Assembly: GCA_048885525.1 (NCBI GenBank)
Contig: JBHLLP010000006.1
Location: forward strand, 1 to 64,000
DNA length: 64,000 bases
Direction of reading: 5' to 3'
Origin: Candidatus Hermodarchaeota archaeon
Lineage (GTDB): Archaea > Asgardarchaeota > Lokiarchaeia > Sigyniarchaeales > SOKP01
The position numbers and the translations under genes were made by a program. Numbering within the stretch: position 1 is the first letter of the stretch; every line of letters begins with the position of its first letter. The notes under the pieces are model-generated. The model was not told the origin of the DNA. It did not search any database and was given only the letters and a program-made list of their open reading frames with translations. Positions 9,430 to 18,268 of the stretch are shown in pieces.

Positions 9430-10830
9430 TTAGAAAGATTTTACTCTTTTTTTTTTTTCTAAATGCAATTTTCTAGCTTCTGTTGTTAATTTATCATATT
9501 TCTCTTTATTTATAGGAAAGAAGATCATACTTATAATACCTAGAACTAGAAAGATTGTTGGAAAAATAAACATTAAACTACGTAAGCCAAAAATATTTTC
9601 TGTTTCAATTGTAGTAGGGTCAAAGATAGCCCAATCTGTTCCAATAAACACAAGTGCAATTGTTGTATAAATTAACAAATTTGTTAGTTTTACAAAAAAA
9701 CCATTTATACCATAGTATCCTGCTTCTCTTCGAATGCCTATATTCAATTCATCTTCATCAATTATAGCTGAAATTGTAACATCTCTAACAATTAAAACTC
9801 CTGCTAATCCAAAACCCCAAATTAAAAATGTAATAAATCCACCCAATACATCGGAGATAAACATGAATGGTGCTAAAGTTGCTATAAATACTATTAATGC
9901 CGAGATGTATGCCATTTTGGCTCCAAGTTTATTAATAATAATCCGCCACGGGAATACAAAGATCATCGCCGCCACGAAACCTGTTCCAAGTATCAGTGAT
10001 TGAATAAGAGCATCTTGAATTCCTAATACAAAATCACCATAAAGAGGCCATACTGTAGGAAGCATACCAAATGAATACCAGAGAGAAAAATTTCCAACAA
10101 GATAAAGTCTAAAAGATTTGTTTTTAAATGTATATTTCAATGAAGTAATAAACGAGGGAGCATTTTCAGGATCCTTTGAAAATTCTTTTCTCTCTTTTAA
10201 ACCAAATTTTATAAAAATGAACCCCGAAAAGGCACATATTATAGAAATAACTATCGCAGCTATACTGAAATCATTGAAATACACCGGATTATCAAATTCT
10301 GAAATAAAAACTCCTGGTAAAATAAAAGCAATTAAAAGAGCAATAATTTGAAAGAATTGTATTGATGTATTTGCTTTTGCTCGTTGATCTAAATCTCGAA
10401 ACATTTCAGGAAATAATGAAGTTTGATTCAATGAGTACATGGTATAAAAAAATTCCCAAATGATAATAATGATTAAAAGATATAGAAATGAGGCAATATC
10501 ATTTCCTCTGGGTGGTGTCCAAAGTAATACATTTACTATAAGTAAAGGGACTAGTCCTATCAAAATAAATGGTTTTCTACGGCCCCACTTCGTGCTGGTA
10601 CGATCTGATATAGCCCCCAATAAAGGATCATTAATAGCATTCCAAATTGACCATATTATAAAAGCTAAAGTTATAGCGATTACATTTAATTGTACAACAG
10701 AATAGTAGAAAGTAAAAATCAAAAAAGTAAAGAATTGAAAAAGACTAACATCTGTAAAACCAGCGAAGCTATAATACACCGCTTTCTTTAAGGTATATTC
10801 TTCCTCTACTTCGAGTTTTTCTTGAGACAT
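9430..10830 (-). CDS. MFS transporter, GPH (Na+/melibiose-like) family
   Basis: WNAINDPLLGAISDRT..KWGRRKPF and IIDEDE...RREAGYYG; about 12 TM helices. Confidence 0.92.
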   Translation of the reverse strand: MSQEKLEVEEEYTLKKAVYYSFAGFTDVSLFQFFTFLIFTFYYSVVQLNVIAITLAFIIWSIWNAINDPLLGAISDRTSTKWGRRKPFILIGLVPLLIVNVLLWTPPRGNDIASFLYLLIIIIIWEFFYTMYSLNQTSLFPEMFRDLDQRAKANTSIQFFQIIALLIAFILPGVFISEFDNPVYFNDFSIAAIVISIICAFSGFIFIKFGLKERKEFSKDPENAPSFITSLKYTFKNKSFRLYLVGNFSLWYSFGMLPTVWPLYGDFVLGIQDALIQSLILGTGFVAAMIFVFPWRIIINKLGAKMAYISALIVFIATLAPFMFISDVLGGFITFLIWGFGLAGVLIVRDVTISAIIDEDELNIGIRREAGYYGINGFFVKLTNLLIYTTIALVFIGTDWAIFDPTTIETENIFGLRSLMFIFPTIFLVLGIISMIFFPINKEKYDKLTTEARKLHLEKKKRVKSF

Positions 10831-11138
10831 AATTTTTTCATCTTGATTTAGAATTATTAAAATGAAGCATATTATGAGTTAATAATATTTTGTTCTCAGT
10901 ATTTATAAAAATTCTTTAAAAAGAATAATTATTTCATTTTTAATATTCAATATCAATTTAGCGTATCACTCCGTTATTCAAATTTCCACTAAATTCAGAG
11001 AGGCTTTTTTTTTAAATAAGAGATCAGTTTAACATATTACAAATTCAAATTTCTTCGAGATGACCTATTATTTCAAAAGGATTTATTAATAAAGATCTCT
11101 CTATTATATCTTTTGAAAGAAATCCAAATTTAAGGAAT

Positions 11139-11543
11139 TTGAATCTTTTTGATCAGAATGATTTTCAAAATTCAACTAATAACGTAATTTCTAACCTTGT
11201 CTCAGAACTATTTAATCACATAAATTCAAAAGAATCATTTAGTTATATTTCTGATTTATTAATTACTTCTCTCAGTAAGTATAAAAGAAAAATTCCAATT
11301 GAAACTCAAACCGAGAATATTGAAAATAATTTTGTTAAAATTGAAAAAAATGATTATAACAACATAGAATACAAAATTAATGATTCAATAAATGAATATC
11401 TATCCATTTCAAATGATATACACTTGATTTTATCAAATTGTCAGGATTTAACTAACATACAGAAACTTGATTTTTGTAATACTCAAAGGTATTTTATGAA
11501 ATTATATTTAAAAGAACTATTACAAAAAATTAATAAAGCCTGA
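11139..11543 (+). CDS. hypothetical protein
   Basis: 134-aa ORF with TTG start in an otherwise empty gap; no motif. Confidence 0.45.
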   Translation: MNLFDQNDFQNSTNNVISNLVSELFNHINSKESFSYISDLLITSLSKYKRKIPIETQTENIENNFVKIEKNDYNNIEYKINDSINEYLSISNDIHLILSNCQDLTNIQKLDFCNTQRYFMKLYLKELLQKINKA

Positions 11544-11640
11544 TTATTTTGTAAGGAATTTGAGAAAAATCTTCAAAATATGTTCAGATATAATAATTAT
11601 TATTAAAACATTAAAAAAGGAAAAAATTAAATTATTTTTT

Positions 11641-12354
11641 TTAAGTCTTTAAGCCTAAATACATCCAGACAGCAAAACTAGCCATTACCACTCTTACAAC
11701 TCCAAGAAAGATGCCTACTGGAAGAATCGAATCTAAAGCTCCACATATAACGAAAATTATAAAACCAATCGATAAATAAGTAAACTTTTTTCTTAATGTT
11801 CCTGTTGCTTGTTTTGCTTTTACTGCCATTCCAATTCCCAAGAATATTAAAGCTGATACTAAAAATAAGGCGACCATAATAAATGTTGGATGAGTTCTAT
11901 TAAAACTTGCATCGATCAAACCATCAGTTATTCGAACCTCAATATATTGAAAAGAGTTTGTAGTATCAAAATAAAGAAAATATTCAAAAATAGCTCCTAA
12001 AACTATGAAAATTCCCACAAGCAGCCATTTATATTTTGGAATTAATAGTTCTCCACCTAAATACATAGAAAAAAACAGAGCTGGTGCAACCGATGTATAA
12101 CTCAAAAGAACATAAACATTTCTAGGATCAATGTTTTCATCTGTAATTAATTTTAAGAAGAAATCAATTGTTGGTCCCAACCATAAGAAACCAACGAAAA
12201 TCATAACGATACCTGCTATTGTAAGTAATTTTGCTTTCAATTTTATTGATTTATAGAGACTAAACAATCCAAAAATAACTGAGGAAAAAACTATTAGAGA
12301 AGCAGTTAATCCTTCCAACCAACCTTCAAGGACTAATACCATTAGTTTTATCAA
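11641..12354 (-). CDS. polytopic (about 7 TM) membrane protein of unknown function
   Basis: About seven hydrophobic segments; no soluble output domain. Confidence 0.75.
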   Translation of the reverse strand: MIKLMVLVLEGWLEGLTASLIVFSSVIFGLFSLYKSIKLKAKLLTIAGIVMIFVGFLWLGPTIDFFLKLITDENIDPRNVYVLLSYTSVAPALFFSMYLGGELLIPKYKWLLVGIFIVLGAIFEYFLYFDTTNSFQYIEVRITDGLIDASFNRTHPTFIMVALFLVSALIFLGIGMAVKAKQATGTLRKKFTYLSIGFIIFVICGALDSILPVGIFLGVVRVVMASFAVWMYLGLKT

Positions 12355-12506
12355 CCAATTTTTATTTATTTATAGTTCAATTTCAAAATTATATATTTAT
12401 TTATTTTGATTTTATTTATAATTATATTTTTTGAGATAATATAAGAATATAATATTTGGTGTACTATCAATTTAAAATTATTCCCTAAGCTATAAATCTC
12501 TAGATT

Positions 12507-13064
12507 TTATGAAATTTTTTTATAAAAAAAAGTAAACAATTGTTGTTTATCCATCTTATGGGTTAAAATGTATTCATTCTTCAGAATGGAGCTAAAATTT
12601 TCGAGTTTATACTTGTGAGATATAATGATTGCTCCTTTTTTTGCAGTTCTAAAGACGTGTTTAAGATATTTATGCATTGAAGGGAAGGAATATATGTAAA
12701 TATAATTATATTCTTCTAAATTATGCGTAAAAAAGTCTCCTTGTTTAACTTTTATTTTTTTATTTAGTCCTTTTTCATAATTCCCTTCCTGTTTCAATAA
12801 TTTTATGCGAATCTTAGTTTCTTTTACTAGATTGTGATCAATTTCAATTCCATAAGCTTTAATACAGTAGTTTATTGCAGTGAAAATAACGATACTTCCA
12901 TTTCCAGCTCCTAAATCAATTAATTTTTGATTAGAGGCACGTTTTAAACCAAATTTAAGTTCAAGTGTATTAAATATATCTCCCAATAACTTATAATCTG
13001 TTTCTGAAAAGGGTAGATCTAATTGTGAATGAAACTCGCTAAAATTCTTTAATTTCTCTTTCAA
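12507..13064 (-). CDS. class I SAM-dependent methyltransferase (aKMT/FAM173-like)
   Basis: LIDLGAGNG, YGIEID, GDFF, YIYIY, KGAIIISH. Confidence 0.85.
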   Translation of the reverse strand: MKEKLKNFSEFHSQLDLPFSETDYKLLGDIFNTLELKFGLKRASNQKLIDLGAGNGSIVIFTAINYCIKAYGIEIDHNLVKETKIRIKLLKQEGNYEKGLNKKIKVKQGDFFTHNLEEYNYIYIYSFPSMHKYLKHVFRTAKKGAIIISHKYKLENFSSILKNEYILTHKMDKQQLFTFFYKKIS

Positions 13065-13291
13065 TCTAATCTCAATATCTTTTTAGGTACAATTTTGGAA
13101 GATCTATAATATAATAAATACCGTTCTTTAATAAATGCCTTCTAAAATGGTTATAGAAATATATTATTATTTATTCCGAGGTTTCCTAATATTAAAAGAT
13201 GTAAAACCTTAATATCTTCAAGATTTAACTTTAATACGATGTAACTTTTTACTATTTTAAAATTTCTTTTTGATACAATAATAATCTTATT

Positions 13292-14290
13292 ATGACAAAA
13301 ATATTAATTACTGGTGGTACGGGTTTTATAGGAGTTCCATTGGCAAAGAAGCTACATGATTTAGGACATAAGTTAAAGTTATTAATCAGAGAGAGTAGTG
13401 ATATATCTCCTTTTGAAGGAATAAATAATATTGAATATATCACTGGAGATATTCGAGATATTAATTGTTTATATAAAGCAGCAGAAAATGTTGATATTAT
13501 TTATCACCTTGCGGCTTATACAGGAATATGGGCAAAAAAAAACTCAATTTATTATGACGTTAATGTTAAAGGAACTGAAAACATCGCCAATATTGCTCTG
13601 GAAAAAAACCTAAAATTATTTTATATTAGTTCTTTTACTGCATTAGGTCCTACTCCTGCAGAGCCTGTTGATGAAACTCATGAAAAAGATCATTTTTTTT
13701 TGGAATATGAAAAATCAAAATTTCAAGCAAAAAAATTAGTTAAAGGATTTATACCTAAAGGATTGAAAGTGGTATTACTTTATCCAGGAATTGTATATGG
13801 TCCAGGAGATTTTAACATATTTGGAAGAATGCTTTGTGATGTTATGAGGGGAAAGATCCTTCCTTTAGGTGTATGTCCTGGAAAGGGAGAATCTATAGCT
13901 TGTTTTTCATATATTTATGATTTAACAGATATCTTAGTAAGTTTAATCAATAGAGAAGATGTTTTTGGAGATGATTTTATTCTTGGTGGAGAGAATATCA
14001 AATTTAAAAAATATTTAGATTTAATTGCCGAAATTGGAAGAGGTGAAAAAGCTAAAAAACTTCCTTTCTGGGTTACCATGATTTATGCATGGCTACTAGA
14101 AGTAAAAGCATTTTTTAATAAAAAAATCCCTTATCTAACACGATCTACACTTAAAACCATTAAATATCATAGATCTTTTTCTTCAAAAAAAGCTATTGAA
14201 AAATTAGGTTATAAAATTACACCATTAAGAGAAGGTCTAGAACAAACCATAGAATGGTATAAGGATTATATTGAAAAAAGAAAAAAATGA
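13292..14290 (+). CDS. extended SDR, NAD-dependent (HpnA/farnesol dehydrogenase-like)
   Basis: TGGTGFIG, HLAA, SSFTALG, catalytic YEKSK, LLYPGIVYGPG. Confidence 0.9.
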   Translation: MTKILITGGTGFIGVPLAKKLHDLGHKLKLLIRESSDISPFEGINNIEYITGDIRDINCLYKAAENVDIIYHLAAYTGIWAKKNSIYYDVNVKGTENIANIALEKNLKLFYISSFTALGPTPAEPVDETHEKDHFFLEYEKSKFQAKKLVKGFIPKGLKVVLLYPGIVYGPGDFNIFGRMLCDVMRGKILPLGVCPGKGESIACFSYIYDLTDILVSLINREDVFGDDFILGGENIKFKKYLDLIAEIGRGEKAKKLPFWVTMIYAWLLEVKAFFNKKIPYLTRSTLKTIKYHRSFSSKKAIEKLGYKITPLREGLEQTIEWYKDYIEKRKK

Positions 14291-14308
14291 GGAAGGTAAT
14301 TTAATTTT

Positions 14309-14779
14309 ATGTTAGAAGAAGGAATGAAAAGTAAAATTATCGATAAAAAAGCTTACAACACAAAGATTGCCAAAAAATATACCTCATTTCTATCAAAATA
14401 TCCTGAAATTTTTTCAGATCTAGTAAGTGGATCAGATTTTGATTTTGCCCTTTATAATTCTCTTGAGGCATATGACAAGAGATCTCCTGTAGATATATTC
14501 CATGTGTATCGAAATGGAAATGGGATAGAAATAACACCTGGGAATGCTGTTGATTCAGATTTAGAATTAGCACTCTCATTAGATGCAGTAGAAAAATTAA
14601 TCCAAACAAATTCGAAGTTAAAATATGCACAGCTTTTGGGATCTTTTTACAACAATCCAGATGAGGAAAAAGGATGGATTGATTTTGTATTGCATAAAAG
14701 GACCCAAACCTTAATTGATATGGGTTATGGCAAGTTTGCTCAGACTGCGGGTATCCTTAAAGATGACGACGAGATATAA
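14309..14779 (+). CDS. hypothetical protein, possible SCP2-like lipid-binding fold
   Basis: FHVYRNGNGIEITPGNAVDSDLELALSLDAVEKLI resembles the SCP2 beta-hairpin/D-x-x-L/helix pattern; paralog of 16334..16744. Confidence 0.65.
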   Translation: MLEEGMKSKIIDKKAYNTKIAKKYTSFLSKYPEIFSDLVSGSDFDFALYNSLEAYDKRSPVDIFHVYRNGNGIEITPGNAVDSDLELALSLDAVEKLIQTNSKLKYAQLLGSFYNNPDEEKGWIDFVLHKRTQTLIDMGYGKFAQTAGILKDDDEI

Positions 14780-14830
14780 GCTTTGAACTTGTTATTTTGA
14801 AACTGAAAATAAAAAAGAAGAATAGTTATT

Positions 14831-16324
14831 ATGGCAAAATCACAAGAATTAGAAATAATAAACAAGTATACTGGTGAAATTATAGGAACTGTTCCTGCAG
14901 ACACACCAGAAACACTTAGAGAAAAAATAAAAAAAATACATAGGAATCAACATCTACTAAAAGAAATGGATTTTTTTGAACGTTCCCAACTTCTTTCTAA
15001 ATTTGCTACTAAATTACGATTTAATAAACCTAAATTAAAGGATTTGGTTGTAGCAGAGGGTGGATTACCAATCAAGTATTCTGAATGGGAATTAAATATT
15101 GTAATGAATGGTTTCAAATTTTGTGATTGGTATTACCAGTTCTTAGAAGAAAAGCCATTAACAAGTATAGAGGGAGAACAACTTGTTAGAATTAGGTATA
15201 TTCCGCATGGTTTAGCAGCGTGCATCTCACCTCGTAATACTCCTTTAAGTCTTCCTCTCTATCAATTGGGTGCTAACTACCTTGTTGGGAATGGAGCAAT
15301 AGTAAAACCATCCACCGCGTGTCCATTAACAATGCTTGAAGCTTATTCAATGATGGAAGAGATGGAATTACCTGCTCTTGAAGCTTTAGATTTAGTTATC
15401 GCTCCTGGAGAATGGGCTGTAGATGAATTCATTAAATCACCTTTAATTAAAACTTTAATGACGATTACAGCATCTCATACAGCAAAAGATATCTTAGCTC
15501 GTTATGGTAGATTCTTGAAAAAAACAGTTGATAGATCAATGGGAGTTCCCATGTATACTCAACCTTTTAAGAATTTTTTTTTCGAATGTGCTGGTAATGA
15601 TGCGGGTATAGTAATGGATGATGTGAATTTAGAAAATGTAGCAAAATGGAATGTAATGGCTAGTTATACAAATTCTGGACAACAATGCTTTTCGATGAAA
15701 AGAATTATTGTTCATAGAGACATATATGATGAATATAAAGAATGCCTTATAAGAGAAATTCAAAAATTAAAGTATGGAGATCCAACTGATCCAGCTGTAG
15801 ATATCGGACCTTTAGGAAGCAGAAGAATTTTGATGATGATGGAGGTAATGGTAGAGGATGCAAAAAAATATAATGCAAAGATTTTTACGGGAGGTGAAAA
15901 GGTCGATACAGGGGAAGACTATGGACTATTCTACAAACCAACTCTAGTTGAAATCAAACCAGAATTATGTGAAGATTTATCAAAAGCTCCCTTTCTATGG
16001 AAGGAGGAGGCTTTTGGGCCTGTTCGTTCTATCACTAAGGCTAATAACATGGATGATGCAATAAGATTAGCAAATGCGAGTAATTATGGTATGAGGGCAG
16101 TTGTTTACACATCAAATTTGAAAAATATAGAGATCTTTAAGAATGAATTAGAAGCTGCGAATATCTATATAAATGCTAGACCTATGCTTGTTGATATTAC
16201 CGTTTCTCTGGGCGGAATTAAAGATTCTGCTTATCCCGCAGGTTGTAAATATTATCCTCAGGAATTAGTTTATGGAAAATATATTTATGACGGGACCCCT
16301 ATAAATATAGAGAAAATTAAGTAG
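14831..16324 (+). CDS. aldehyde dehydrogenase family protein (divergent)
   Basis: VKPS, ECAGND (Glu), NSGQQC (catalytic Cys), EEAFGPV, ANASNYGM, GGIKDS. Confidence 0.92.
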   Translation: MAKSQELEIINKYTGEIIGTVPADTPETLREKIKKIHRNQHLLKEMDFFERSQLLSKFATKLRFNKPKLKDLVVAEGGLPIKYSEWELNIVMNGFKFCDWYYQFLEEKPLTSIEGEQLVRIRYIPHGLAACISPRNTPLSLPLYQLGANYLVGNGAIVKPSTACPLTMLEAYSMMEEMELPALEALDLVIAPGEWAVDEFIKSPLIKTLMTITASHTAKDILARYGRFLKKTVDRSMGVPMYTQPFKNFFFECAGNDAGIVMDDVNLENVAKWNVMASYTNSGQQCFSMKRIIVHRDIYDEYKECLIREIQKLKYGDPTDPAVDIGPLGSRRILMMMEVMVEDAKKYNAKIFTGGEKVDTGEDYGLFYKPTLVEIKPELCEDLSKAPFLWKEEAFGPVRSITKANNMDDAIRLANASNYGMRAVVYTSNLKNIEIFKNELEAANIYINARPMLVDITVSLGGIKDSAYPAGCKYYPQELVYGKYIYDGTPINIEKIK

Positions 16325-16333
16325 TTCCTATTC

Positions 16334-16744
16334 ATGATGGATACTGTAGAATTATATAAAAAATTGAAAGCTTATTTTTCAAAAAATTCAGATTTAATGA
16401 GACATCTTAATTTGCGCGCATGTTGGGAGTATTTCATTGCTGTAAATTCAACTAATGAAGATAATTTCAAACTACACTATTTCTTGTATAAAGAACAAGA
16501 GAAAAAATTAGAAATGACAAGAAACAATCCAAACATTAAGCCGGATTTGATATTATATTTCACCGAAATGGCAATTTTAGAATTAATTAAAGGGAATCCC
16601 AGTGCGGATGAATATTATTCTCGGTATCGTGAAATACTGAATAATCCCAAACCAAAAATTGAAGTGGATAATAAAGTGAATAAACCTCGACTGAAACTAT
16701 GGCAGATGGGATATAAGAAATGGCAATCTGATTTTAAATTTTAA
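16334..16744 (+). CDS. hypothetical protein, possible SCP2-like fold
   Basis: KPDLILYFTEMAILELIKG...NNP...KLWQMGY; paralog of 14309..14779. Confidence 0.65.
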   Translation: MMDTVELYKKLKAYFSKNSDLMRHLNLRACWEYFIAVNSTNEDNFKLHYFLYKEQEKKLEMTRNNPNIKPDLILYFTEMAILELIKGNPSADEYYSRYREILNNPKPKIEVDNKVNKPRLKLWQMGYKKWQSDFKF

Positions 16745-16762
16745 ATCAAGTCTTAAATTAAC

Positions 16763-18178
16763 ATGAATGAAGAAGAAATATATTATATGTCTGCCTGTGA
16801 AATGGCAGAGAAAATTAAAACACAAGAATTAACTTCTCTTGAAATAACAGAAGTTATAATAAAAAGAATAAAAGAGATTAATCCATTAATCAATGCTTAT
16901 TGTACGACAACATTCGAGTTAGCAAGAGAAATGGCAATAGAAGCGGATGAGAGGGTAAAAAAGAATGAAGATATACCCCTTTTAAATGGGGTTCCCACCT
17001 CCATAAAAGATTTAGAACTCATTAAAGGAGTGAGAACTACATTTGGATCAAAAATATTTGAGAATTACTTTCCAAGTGAAGATTCTATTGTTGTAAAGCG
17101 TTTAAAAGAGGCAGGTTGTGTGATCTTAGGTAAAACCAATACACCTGAATTTGGTTTTAAAGGAGTTACTGATAATCTAATTTTTGGTGCTACCCTCAAT
17201 CCCTGGAATCTTGAGAAGACATCTGGAGGATCGAGTGGTGGAGCAGCTGCTTCTGTTGTCTGTGGTATGGGACCTATAGCTCAAGGTTCGGATGGAGGTG
17301 GATCCATTCGGCATCCTGCTTGTTTTTGTGGAGCTTATGGTCTCAAACCTAGTCTTGGAAGGGTTCCTATATATCCAAGAAAACCAAGTCCTATTACAAA
17401 TTTATCTGTTATTGGTCCAATTACAAGGTATGTCTCAGACGCAGCTCTTATGCTTGATGTGATAAAGGGACCATTTGAAGGTGATAGATTTTCTCTACCA
17501 AAAGATTCAGCCAATTACTTTGCTCATATAAATGAAACCCCCAACAAATTAAAAATCGGTTATAGTTTAAATCTAGGTTACGCAAAAATCATTAATAATG
17601 AGATTGAAAAAGCAATTATTAAATCAGTTTATAAATTTGAATCTCTTGGATGGAATGTAGAGGAAGTGAAATTTCAAGGGATTGATCCATCAGTAGCTTT
17701 CAGTACTCATTGGCTAATAAATTTAGGATATAGCCTAGAACCATACTTAGATGAATGGAAAGATAAGATTGACCCTCTTTTAGTCTTTTGGGCTGAAACG
17801 GGATTAAAATCTTCATCACTTCTACCAGATGCTATGAAAATACGTAACGAATTTTATTATAGTATTTTTGAATCATTTAAAAATTATGATATTTTAATAA
17901 CTCCAACAACAACAGTTCCAGCTTTCGAAATAGGAATTGCAGCACCTACAAGTATAGAGGGAGTAGATGTTGGACCTACAGGATGGCAACCGTTTACTTT
18001 TCCTTTCAATTTTACTGGACACCCAGCAGCATCTATTCCCTGTGGATGGGCAAGTAATAATCTTCCTATTGGCATGCAGATTGTAGCCAAAAGATTTGAA
18101 GAATTATTAATTCTTCAAGTTTCAAAGGCTTTTGAGGAATTAGCTCCATGGCAAGACAAAAAACCACTATTCAACTAA
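16763..18178 (+). CDS. amidase signature family enzyme
   Basis: PTSIKD (Lys), GKTNTPEFG, SGGSSGG, GSDGGGSIR, FNFTGHPAASIP. Confidence 0.95.
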   Translation: MNEEEIYYMSACEMAEKIKTQELTSLEITEVIIKRIKEINPLINAYCTTTFELAREMAIEADERVKKNEDIPLLNGVPTSIKDLELIKGVRTTFGSKIFENYFPSEDSIVVKRLKEAGCVILGKTNTPEFGFKGVTDNLIFGATLNPWNLEKTSGGSSGGAAASVVCGMGPIAQGSDGGGSIRHPACFCGAYGLKPSLGRVPIYPRKPSPITNLSVIGPITRYVSDAALMLDVIKGPFEGDRFSLPKDSANYFAHINETPNKLKIGYSLNLGYAKIINNEIEKAIIKSVYKFESLGWNVEEVKFQGIDPSVAFSTHWLINLGYSLEPYLDEWKDKIDPLLVFWAETGLKSSSLLPDAMKIRNEFYYSIFESFKNYDILITPTTTVPAFEIGIAAPTSIEGVDVGPTGWQPFTFPFNFTGHPAASIPCGWASNNLPIGMQIVAKRFEELLILQVSKAFEELAPWQDKKPLFN

Positions 18179-18268
18179 TGTTAATCACAGTCTCATTTTA
18201 AAAAAAATTAAGCAATCATTTTTATTAATCTCCGTTACATCCTATATTATTAAGATAATTATTATAAA

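Noticed and set aside
9734-10705. Three + strand ORFs inside the MFS transporter
   Set aside because: Antisense shadows of a hydrophobic gene; no independent motifs.
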